Source of the DNA: Phycisphaeraceae bacterium
GTDB lineage: Bacteria; Planctomycetota; Phycisphaerae; Phycisphaerales; Zrk34
Direction: 5' to 3'
NCBI GenBank assembly: GCA_040905565.1
Contig: JBBDRF010000062.1
Span: 1-64,000 of the forward strand
Length of the DNA: 64,000 bases
Below are positions 56,509 to 64,000 of the stretch, in pieces (position 1 is the stretch's first letter; the number at the start of each line of letters is the position of its first letter). Position numbers and translations under genes: made by a program. The notes beneath the pieces are model-generated. The model was not told where the DNA came from, did no database searches, and saw nothing but the letters and a program-made list of their open reading frames with translations.

Positions 56509-58796
56509 GCCGGCTGCCTCGTTCCGCCTATCGCGGTGATATCCATACTCCGCCGCACATCCGAAGCATGCGACACGTAGCGCGCCAGCGTCATCTCGAT
56601 CAGCGCCAGCACGGCGACGATCCAGAGCAGGGGCCAGCTGAGATCGGCGCGATTGGCGTCGGCGCCAAGCGTGGCGACGCCCTCGGTTTGTTCAATCACC
56701 TGCCATTCGCCGAGTTCGCTGAGCCATGCGTCGAGGGCGTCACGCTCGATGGCGCGGGTGTTGGCCGCTGCCGAGTTGACGTTCACGACGACCGCATCGG
56801 TGGCGGCTTGATAGACGCCGGGCAGCGCCATCGGGCGAATCGGCATCACGCCGGCCGACTGTTGGCCCGCGGCTTGCGGCGTTTCGCCGGCTTCGGTGCC
56901 GGGGTCGGCTGCTTCGACGAGAAGGAGTTCGACATCGTCGGGACCGATCATCCGGCCGGCGCGCGCCCAGTTGCCGCTGAGGATGGGGCGGTCGCCCGGT
57001 TCGAACGCATCCTCAGGCTGAAGGCGATCGATGCCCGCCCGCAGCACTTCGTGAATCAAGGGGACGAACAGCGGCTTGGTCGGCAGGTTCGTCCATTCTG
57101 AATCGAGGGCGGTGGCGAGTAGGAGGACCCGGCCCTGGCCGTCTTCGCTGGTGGCGCCGATGAGAAGCGGTTCGCCGCCGGTGCCGCGTAGCAGGATTTC
57201 CGTGCCGCCGCCGAGCGAGTCGGGGTCGATGGCGAGGCGTTGATAGACCTCGACGGGGCGTAACAGGTCGGTGAGATCGGCGCTAAGACGTGCGAGTTCG
57301 ACCGAGTCAGCGCCTGCGTCGGGATCTAGCCGTAACGGCGTTTCGTGGACGACGGGGTCGGTATCGATGGCCCAGCCGAGGCCGAGCGCATCGCTGAGGC
57401 GCTGGGGCCAGAGGGCGGCGGTGGGCTCGGCGGGCGGGGCGAACCAGGCGAGGCCGCCTTGGCGGATCCAGTCGATCAGTTCGTCCCATGCTGCATCATC
57501 GAGAAGGTCGGGGCGGATGACGTAGACGGCGTCGACGCTTCGCAGATCGTCCTCGCCGCCGCCCATGGTGGCTGCGTCCTGCTCACGAATTTCGATGGGC
57601 CAGCCGAGCTGATCGCCGACCGGCGCGAGGACGGTGCGGAGCCATCGCTGCGGCCCGAAGCCTTGACGGTCGGCATCACGCCGGCCGAGCACGAGCACGT
57701 TCAACTGATCGCGCGCCTGGATCAGCGACCAGCGCTGATTGTCGACGGGCAGCGCATCGTCCTGCCCGGCGGCGGGCTCGATGGAACCCTTCACCGCGAG
57801 CAGCCCGTCGACGCCTCGCGCCAACGGCGTGTCGATGCGAAGTTCAGCCTCGTCCTGACCCTGTTCCCAGCTGACCTCCCGGCGGATCGGGGCGGCGTCG
57901 GGCACCTCCAGTCGTACGAGGCTGGTGGCCGGTCCGAGCTGATCGGCTGAGGCGAATCGCTTCAGGCCGACCGTCCACGTCACGTTGATCTGCGAATCGG
58001 TGCCCTCGGCGACGACGAGCCTTCTGTCCGGGCGAAGCTGCGAGAGATTCACGTTGATCGCCCCTTCCGCTGGCTCGCTCATCAACAGCGTCGCCATCTG
58101 CCCGATGCCCATCACCTCCGCGGGCAACCCTTCTTCGAGTGAAATCGCCCCGGCGGAGAAATCGCTGAGCACGACGACGTACGCATGCTCCGGCTGAGCG
58201 TCGCTGTCGGAGAGGGCACGCATGGCCAGTTGCAGCGCGCCGCTGAGTTCGGCAGCCCCGGCGGACGCTTCAACCATTTCAACCTGTCGCCGGACGCTCA
58301 TGGGATCGGCAGCTGCGGGCGAGACGACGGCTTCGCTCGGCTTGGCCACCGTGACCAGCGCGACCTGATCGGTCGGCTGCAGGCCTTCAAGCAGGGCGAC
58401 GGCCTCAGCTTTGAGTTTTTCGAATCGTTTGACGCCGTCGGCGTCGGTGGCCTGGCTGGTGATGGCGTTGTCGAGCACGAGGACGACGGTGCGCTGCGCC
58501 CCGCCGAACGCGCCGAGGCCGCCGAGCGCTGCGAAGACCGGGCCGGCCAGTGCAAGACCGAGCAGCAACAGCAGCAGGCACCGCGTGGCGAGCAGAATCC
58601 ACTGCTCAAGTCGGGTCCGCATGCGGTGACGCTGATAGGCGGCAAGGAGGAACTTCATGGCGGCCCAGGGCTGAGGGCGGCGGGGCCGTTTGGAAAGGAT
58701 GTGGATGAGGATCGGCACGGAGACCGCTGCGGCGCCCGCAATGGCGAGGCCCGGGACCACGAACGACGGGATCACCTGTGCCAACACGTTCACCAT
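56505..58796 (-). CDS. BatA N-terminal domain plus VWA protein
   Basis: VPILIHIL...WAAMKFL BatA motif, VVLSDF, C-terminal TM helix. Confidence 0.87.
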   Translation of the reverse strand: MVNVLAQVIPSFVVPGLAIAGAAAVSVPILIHILSKRPRRPQPWAAMKFLLAAYQRHRMRTRLEQWILLATRCLLLLLLGLALAGPVFAALGGLGAFGGAQRTVVLVLDNAITSQATDADGVKRFEKLKAEAVALLEGLQPTDQVALVTVAKPSEAVVSPAAADPMSVRRQVEMVEASAGAAELSGALQLAMRALSDSDAQPEHAYVVVLSDFSAGAISLEEGLPAEVMGIGQMATLLMSEPAEGAINVNLSQLRPDRRLVVAEGTDSQINVTWTVGLKRFASADQLGPATSLVRLEVPDAAPIRREVSWEQGQDEAELRIDTPLARGVDGLLAVKGSIEPAAGQDDALPVDNQRWSLIQARDQLNVLVLGRRDADRQGFGPQRWLRTVLAPVGDQLGWPIEIREQDAATMGGGEDDLRSVDAVYVIRPDLLDDAAWDELIDWIRQGGLAWFAPPAEPTAALWPQRLSDALGLGWAIDTDPVVHETPLRLDPDAGADSVELARLSADLTDLLRPVEVYQRLAIDPDSLGGGTEILLRGTGGEPLLIGATSEDGQGRVLLLATALDSEWTNLPTKPLFVPLIHEVLRAGIDRLQPEDAFEPGDRPILSGNWARAGRMIGPDDVELLLVEAADPGTEAGETPQAAGQQSAGVMPIRPMALPGVYQAATDAVVVNVNSAAANTRAIERDALDAWLSELGEWQVIEQTEGVATLGADANRADLSWPLLWIVAVLALIEMTLARYVSHASDVRRSMDITAIGGTRQPA

Positions 58797-58860
58797 TAGG
58801 CATGCATCCTCGAAAGGCGGGAATCATCTAAGCCGCGTCGCCGGACTGCGGACGGTAGGG

Positions 58861-59805
58861 TCATCGGGTGTGCTTGAGTCTCGCCGCTCGCCGCGCCAGG
58901 AAGTGGCTCAACGGCGGGCCGACGTCTTTGCTGGTATCGATCAGTTCGTGGTCGAAGTGGAACCGCCTGGCCTGCTGACGCACCGCGTGCACGTGGTCGT
59001 GCATTTCCTTGAGGTACGCTTCACGGAGGGCCTTGGGATCCACGTCGAGTCTGCCTTCGTTCTCCAGGCCCATGAGGCGCTGGGCGTCGCGGAAGGGGAA
59101 GGTCATTTCGGTATGGTCGAGTGTCTGCAGGAGCATGACGTCGTGCCGGCGGTGGAACATGCGCGCCAGACCCGCGCCGAGCGAGGAGACATCGTCAAAG
59201 AGATCACTGAGGACGACGATGAGCGACCGCTGTTGCAGCTTCGCGAGTACCTGCTCAAAAACGCGTCCGGTTTCGGTGGGCTTATCCACCGGCTGCGTGC
59301 TGAGTGCGTTCACGATGCTGCGCCACTGGCCGCGGGAGTTGGAGGGCTTGACCATATTAAGGATGCCGTCGGCGAAGACGATGAGCCCCGCGCGATCCTG
59401 CTGTTGCAGGGCAAGGTAGCTCATGGCGGCGGCGACGCTGGTGGCGTGATCAAATTTACGCCAGACCTTGGCGTTGCGGCCCTCGCCGAGCTTCGAGCCG
59501 TACTGCATGGAACCGGAGGCATCGACGAGCAGCAGCAGGTCGAGGTTCGTCTCCTGCTGATATTGTTTGATGTAGAGCTTGTCCGTTCGGCCGAAGACCT
59601 TCCAGTCCATTCGGCGCAGATCGTCACCGGTGCTGTAGGGCCGATGCTGAGCGAACTCGACGCTGTAGCCGAAGTAGGGTGAGCGGTGCATGCCCGTCAT
59701 CACGCCTTCGACCACGTGTCGCGCCCGCAGCTCGATGCCCTCCATCTGTACCAGTGTTTCGGGCCGCAGGTAATCTGCGACGTTCGGAGTTTGGGCAGTG
59801 CTCAT
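58861..59805 (-). CDS. DUF58 (VWA-like) protein
   Basis: GMHRSPYFGYSVEFAQHRPY, GDDLRRMDWK and DASGSM motifs. Confidence 0.93.
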   Translation of the reverse strand: MSTAQTPNVADYLRPETLVQMEGIELRARHVVEGVMTGMHRSPYFGYSVEFAQHRPYSTGDDLRRMDWKVFGRTDKLYIKQYQQETNLDLLLLVDASGSMQYGSKLGEGRNAKVWRKFDHATSVAAAMSYLALQQQDRAGLIVFADGILNMVKPSNSRGQWRSIVNALSTQPVDKPTETGRVFEQVLAKLQQRSLIVVLSDLFDDVSSLGAGLARMFHRRHDVMLLQTLDHTEMTFPFRDAQRLMGLENEGRLDVDPKALREAYLKEMHDHVHAVRQQARRFHFDHELIDTSKDVGPPLSHFLARRAARLKHTR

Positions 59806-59942
59806 GACGTATCAGTGTAGCTTCGCCCCATGCTCAATGCACCCGGAATATAAACTCCATCGCACCCGGGGTGAAGTGCGGGTGGACAAATACCCCTGTG
59901 CGCGAATCTAATGCGTTTCTGATACAAACTGAAAGGTAAGCT

Positions 59943-60227
59943 GTGAAGAAGCTGAGCGACGAAGAAATTCAGAACGCGCTGCGGAAATTGCCCGGCTGGT
60001 CGGTCGAGGAGGGCAAGCTGCATCGCGAGTTCGCGTTCGCGGACTTCGTTCAGGCGTTCGGATTCATGACGCGGGTGGCGCTGGTCGCCGAGTCGATGAA
60101 CCACCATCCCGAGTGGTTCAACGTTTTCAAAATGGTCGACGTTCACCTGGCCACGCACGACGCAGGCGGCATCACGCAGCTGGATCTCGACCTCGCTGGC
60201 CATATGAATCGTCTGGCGGAGCAGTAA
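59943..60227 (+). CDS. pterin-4-alpha-carbinolamine dehydratase
   Basis: NHHPEWFNV and THDAGGIT motifs. Confidence 0.93.
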   Translation: MKKLSDEEIQNALRKLPGWSVEEGKLHREFAFADFVQAFGFMTRVALVAESMNHHPEWFNVFKMVDVHLATHDAGGITQLDLDLAGHMNRLAEQ

Positions 60228-60285
60228 GAATGGCGCGTGGCACTGGTGGCTTGTCCACCAGTGTTGCGGGGACGAAGTCGTCCGC

Positions 60286-60921
60286 TTACATCTCGTCTTC
60301 GATCCAGTCGATGAGCCACGCGGCGAAACGGCTTTTCTCCATCTTGCCGGGCACGTGCGACTCGCCGTCGGCGGTGAGCAGGGTGGCGTCGATGTCGGAA
60401 GCGCCCATCGTGGGCAGGGGATTGGCGACGATCGCGCTCAGGTGCTTACGCTGGAGCTTGTCTTTGGCGCGTTCGACAAGGTTGCCGTCCTGCTCCAGCG
60501 CAAAGCCGACGATGAGTTGGTCCGACCGCTTCCGCTCGCCGCAGGCAGCGACGAGGTCGGGGACGGGTTCAAGCTCCAACATCATTGATCGCGTTTCTCG
60601 GGTGAGCTTCTCAAAGGAGATGGCGGCGGGGCGGTAGTCGGCCACGGCGGCGGCCATCACCAGCACATCGCAAATCGAGAAGTAGCGATCCAGCAGTTGC
60701 TCAAGCTCATTGCTGGTTTCGAAGCGGACGGTCTTCACGCCCGGCGGCGGGTTGATCGGCGTGGGGCCCAGCAGAAGCGTCACGGCCCAGCCTGCGTCGG
60801 CGGCGGCTTCGGCGATGGCCGCGCCGGTCTTGCCGGTTGAGCGGTTGGCGAGGTAACGGACCGGGTCGATCGGCTCGTAGGTCGGGCCGGCGGTGACGAG
60901 CATTTTTCCAAGGTGAGCCAT
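60286..60921 (-). CDS. coaB: phosphopantothenate--cysteine ligase (stand-alone CoaB)
   Basis: VTAGPTYEPIDPVRYLANRSTGK, AAAVADY and VGFALE motifs. Confidence 0.9.
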   Translation of the reverse strand: MAHLGKMLVTAGPTYEPIDPVRYLANRSTGKTGAAIAEAAADAGWAVTLLLGPTPINPPPGVKTVRFETSNELEQLLDRYFSICDVLVMAAAVADYRPAAISFEKLTRETRSMMLELEPVPDLVAACGERKRSDQLIVGFALEQDGNLVERAKDKLQRKHLSAIVANPLPTMGASDIDATLLTADGESHVPGKMEKSRFAAWLIDWIEDEM

Positions 60922-61073
60922 GCGAATGATTTTCCGAAATTATCAAAAACGCGATAAAACCTGTGCAACTTCCTCCCGACGGTGAGGGTATCATACGATA
61001 AATGAAGTGTGACTGGTGAGGCTGCGTTGTCGGTGGCTCATCAAAAAGTTTAAGTGACTCGCAGGAGATTTCG

Positions 61074-62786
61074 ATGCAACGTTTTTGCCGCCCTGATTTA
61101 TTGTTTGTGATGACATTGGTGCTGGCGTTCAGCGCGGCGCCGGTTCGCGCTGATCTTCCCGACGTGCTGGAGCATGTGCCCGCCGATGCGCCCGTCGCCG
61201 TTGTGGCGCCGTCGCTGGCGCAGGTCGGGCAGAAGCTGGCGATGCTGAATCAGAGGTTGGGGTTGAATCAGCCGATGCTGGCGGACCCGATCAGCTTCGC
61301 CCAAGCTTCGCTGCAGATGCACGAAGGGGTGGATCTGGGACGTGGGGCGGTGTTTATGATGCTGAGCATGCCGAACCCGGAGCAGCCGGGCGCGGAGCCG
61401 GACTTGGGCATGCTGATTCCCGTGACCGATTACAACGCCTTCCTCGGGAACTTCGAGGCCCAAGGCGCAGGCGATGTGCGTGAGATCACGCTGATGGGTG
61501 AGCCTTCATACGTCACGCAGGTCGGTCGGTACGCGCTGATCGGCAGCAGCGAGAATGCGGCAGCGAATTACGAATCGCCTGGCGAAGACGCGGCCCTGCG
61601 GACGCGGCTTGGTGCGGTCGGCCTTGAGGCCATGGAAGGCTCGGACCTGATGGTTCTGGTCGACATGGAAAAGCTCGGCCCCTTGATGATGCAGGGCATG
61701 ATGCAGGGCATGATGATGGCGCCGGAGTTCAACGAGCCGGAAGTGGCGGCGGTGATGCAGTTCTATTCGACCATCATGGAAAAGGTGATGCTCGACGGCA
61801 GCGGCATGGTGCTCGGCCTGCGGGTTTCGGAAGACGGGATCGCCCTCGATTCGTCGGTGCAGTTCCGCGAGGACACCGCCATGGCAGCGGCATTCGCGGA
61901 GGGCCCCGCCGAGCGGCCCCGCCTGAACCACCTGCCCGACAGCAAATACATGGTTGCCGCCACGGCTGACCTCCGCACGCTCCCGCTGGAGCAATGGCTC
62001 ACCGGCCTCCGCGAAATGTTCGCTGAGGGCGACGATGAGTTCAGCACGATGATGCGGCAGGCGATTACCGACAGCAGCATCCATCACGCGAACACACAGA
62101 TGCTGTTCGACCCCGGCTTCGGCATGGGCGGCAGCCTGTTCAACGCCGTGACGGTTTCGCTGACGGATGATCCGGAAGCGGCGGTTCAGGCGTTCCGTCA
62201 GGAAGTCGTCAAGATGAATGATCTGGAACTCGCCGACGAGATGACCTATCAGACCGATTGGCAGGAAGATGTGATGCAGATCGACGGCCACGACGTCGAC
62301 CGTTACAGCATCAAGATGCAGGTCCCCCCGGAAATGATGGCCGAACTCGGCCCAGCGGCGATGTTCGTCACGCAGGACATGGGTGGCCATATCGTCACGA
62401 CCGATGACGCTGTGATTGCCGGTACCGGCTCCGACACGAAGCTGCTGAAGGACACGCTGGCGCTGGATGACGGAGCCGCGAGCCTGGACGACAACGCGGG
62501 CATCGAACAGGTGCGTCAGCATCTTCCGAGCGAGCCGGCTGCGGAGATGTTCATCAACGTCGGCACCATGCTGGAGATGGCCAACGAGTTCATCATGATG
62601 TTTGATCCGGACTCGCAACTGAACGTGCCGGCGAACCTTCCGCCGGTGGCGAACGCGACGGTCATCAAAGAAGGCGGCGTGGGCGGACGACTGTTCATCC
62701 CGATGCCCGTCATCGACACGGTCCGAAGCATGGTCGAACAGTTAGCTGGCGACAGCGGCCTGCAACTCGGTGCGACCCAGCCGTGA
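61074..62786 (+). CDS. secreted Met-rich protein of unknown function
   Basis: AGGAG RBS, signal peptide ending VRA-D, 570 aa, followed by a terminator. Confidence 0.8.
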   Translation: MQRFCRPDLLFVMTLVLAFSAAPVRADLPDVLEHVPADAPVAVVAPSLAQVGQKLAMLNQRLGLNQPMLADPISFAQASLQMHEGVDLGRGAVFMMLSMPNPEQPGAEPDLGMLIPVTDYNAFLGNFEAQGAGDVREITLMGEPSYVTQVGRYALIGSSENAAANYESPGEDAALRTRLGAVGLEAMEGSDLMVLVDMEKLGPLMMQGMMQGMMMAPEFNEPEVAAVMQFYSTIMEKVMLDGSGMVLGLRVSEDGIALDSSVQFREDTAMAAAFAEGPAERPRLNHLPDSKYMVAATADLRTLPLEQWLTGLREMFAEGDDEFSTMMRQAITDSSIHHANTQMLFDPGFGMGGSLFNAVTVSLTDDPEAAVQAFRQEVVKMNDLELADEMTYQTDWQEDVMQIDGHDVDRYSIKMQVPPEMMAELGPAAMFVTQDMGGHIVTTDDAVIAGTGSDTKLLKDTLALDDGAASLDDNAGIEQVRQHLPSEPAAEMFINVGTMLEMANEFIMMFDPDSQLNVPANLPPVANATVIKEGGVGGRLFIPMPVIDTVRSMVEQLAGDSGLQLGATQP

Positions 62787-62825
62787 AATCCTGAAGAGCA
62801 ACGGCGATCCGCGATCGCTGCTAAC

Positions 62826-62857
62826 AAAAAAACCCGCCCTTTGGGGCGGGTTTTTTT
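62826..62857. terminator. bidirectional intrinsic terminator
   Basis: A7-CCCGCCC-TTTG-GGGCGGG-T7 between convergent genes. Confidence 0.92.
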
Positions 62858-62881
62858 ATGCGCGTGTACGTTTGGGCGGTG

Positions 62882-63160
62882 TTACGTAGGCAGTTCGTTG
62901 AGGCGGGTGATCGAGGCGACGTTGACGCGCTCGAGTTTAAGCACCTTGTGCTTGGGGAACACGCCCCACTTCGCCGCCCGGCGGAGCCAGTCGGCGTTGG
63001 TCACGGCATCGTCGCCTTCTTCATGAACGTCCGCATCCAGGATGATCACGTGATGGTCGTTCGCTTCGTGGCAACGACCGACGATCATCTGCTGGTGCGC
63101 CGTTTCGACGGCGACCGTGATGCCGTGCAGTTCGCCGAGATTGTCGTGAAATGTGCCCAT
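62882..63160 (-). CDS. small hypothetical protein, possible Sm/LSm-like fold
   Basis: 92 aa; lies between the bacilliredoxin gene and the terminator. Confidence 0.7.
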   Translation of the reverse strand: MGTFHDNLGELHGITVAVETAHQQMIVGRCHEANDHHVIILDADVHEEGDDAVTNADWLRRAAKWGVFPKHKVLKLERVNVASITRLNELPT

Positions 63161-63182
63161 GGGGAGATTCTGGTTGTGGGGG

Positions 63183-63602
63183 TTAGGCGGTGACGGTATC
63201 GAAGATGCCGGCGAGGTCCTGCGCGATCGTCTGGGCGTCGCGGCCTTCGATGCGGTGGCGGGGGACGTAGTCGGCCAACTCGCCGTCCTTGATGATCATG
63301 ATCGAGGGGCTGGAGGGCGGCGCTTCGGGGAACGCTTCGCGGACGGCCTGGGTGGCTTCGGTATCCTGCCCAGCGAAAACGGTGGCGAGGCGGTCGGGCT
63401 TGACCTCATGCTGCAGCGCGATCGCCACGGCGGGCCTGGCGGCACCGGCGGCACAACCACAAACAGAGTTGATCACGATCATCGCCGACCCGCTCTTCTC
63501 AGCGAGGAAGCTCTGGACGTCGTCAGCGGTTTTAAGTTCCTGCACGCCGAGGCGGACGAGTTCCTCACGCATCGGGGTGACCATCAATTCGGGATAAGGC
63601 AT
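63183..63602 (-). CDS. BrxA/BrxB-family bacilliredoxin
   Basis: PMREEL, NSVCGCAAG, TVFAGQD, PPSSPS and RHRIEGR motifs. Confidence 0.92.
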   Translation of the reverse strand: MPYPELMVTPMREELVRLGVQELKTADDVQSFLAEKSGSAMIVINSVCGCAAGAARPAVAIALQHEVKPDRLATVFAGQDTEATQAVREAFPEAPPSSPSIMIIKDGELADYVPRHRIEGRDAQTIAQDLAGIFDTVTA

Positions 63603-63882
63603 GGAAGCGTCTCCACAGTCGGGGGGACGGGGGTGTCAGTGCAACTTCAATCGATCGTCCCATCGTAGTGACGGGGCGGTGCTTTTTCCAATCGCGTGTC
63701 GACGTGTGCGCATCTGGACGGAACGGGTGCCGTCCGCGGCGCGGAAAACTTCAGATTTTTGATGTTCGGTGTCTGGAAGGCTTTGCAGCAGCGGGACCGG
63801 CTCCGGAGTCAGCGTGGTGCGCATCGGCCAGGCACCACAGCCAAAGGTGAGAGAGCAGTCAACCCGAGGCGAGGCCAAGACC

Positions 63883-64000
63883 ATGCACCAGAGCACGAAG
63901 CACAGCAGCGACATTCACGACTCCGCCATCAGCGACGAACTGGTCGGCATGCTCGTCAGCGGGCATCGGCAGGTGACGCGGCCGGCGCTCGATCGGCTTT
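63883..64000 (+). CDS. partial ORF running off the window, possibly hemerythrin-like
   Basis: GAGG then ATG; MHQSTKHSSDIHDSAISDELVGMLVSGHRQVTRPALDRL, open to the window end. Confidence 0.35.
   Translation, partial: MHQSTKHSSDIHDSAISDELVGMLVSGHRQVTRPALDRL

Noticed and set aside
59806..59942. Structured RNA upstream of the pterin dehydratase (GTATCAG/CTGATAC and CTTCGCCCC/GGGGTGAAG pairings)
   Set aside because: Stems are short and far apart, overlap the DUF58 promoter motif, and match no riboswitch I recognise
63636..63914. 92-aa minus-strand ORF
   Set aside because: Atypical composition; overlaps a more plausible plus-strand start at 63883

Overview
High-GC bacterial chromosomal segment, most consistent with a planctomycete (Phycisphaerae-like). 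This assignment is inferred from the PEP-CTERM protein, the DUF58/BatA/VWA/prenyltransferase cluster, the reduced mur cluster without fts genes, and the repeat types. The window is mostly housekeeping genes: aroC, dnaA-recJ, trxA, folP, fbaA, tRNA-Glu(TTC), zwf, trpS, queC, murE-murF-mraY, coaD, larC, miaE, argG and coaB. It also holds a RelE/HTH toxin-antitoxin pair, a low-GC trypsin-like protease, a TolC-MacAB-type exporter and a 12.5-kb DUF58-BatA-VWA-coiled-coil-prenyltransferase operon. The most notable unannotated signals are: (1) a candidate ~135-nt sRNA or attenuator upstream of miaE, with its own promoter, an anti-SD-like tract and a terminator/antiterminator switch; (2) a gene-direction-independent C-to-G skew switch inside the gap-free dnaA-recJ block, suggesting an intragenic replication origin; (3) three families of palindromic REP/REPIN-like repeats; (4) at least seven apparently leaderless genes; (5) a small Sm/LSm-like protein downstream of a bacilliredoxin gene. 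No CRISPR array, rRNA, integrase or transposase was seen. All family calls come from motif recognition by eye; no searches were run.
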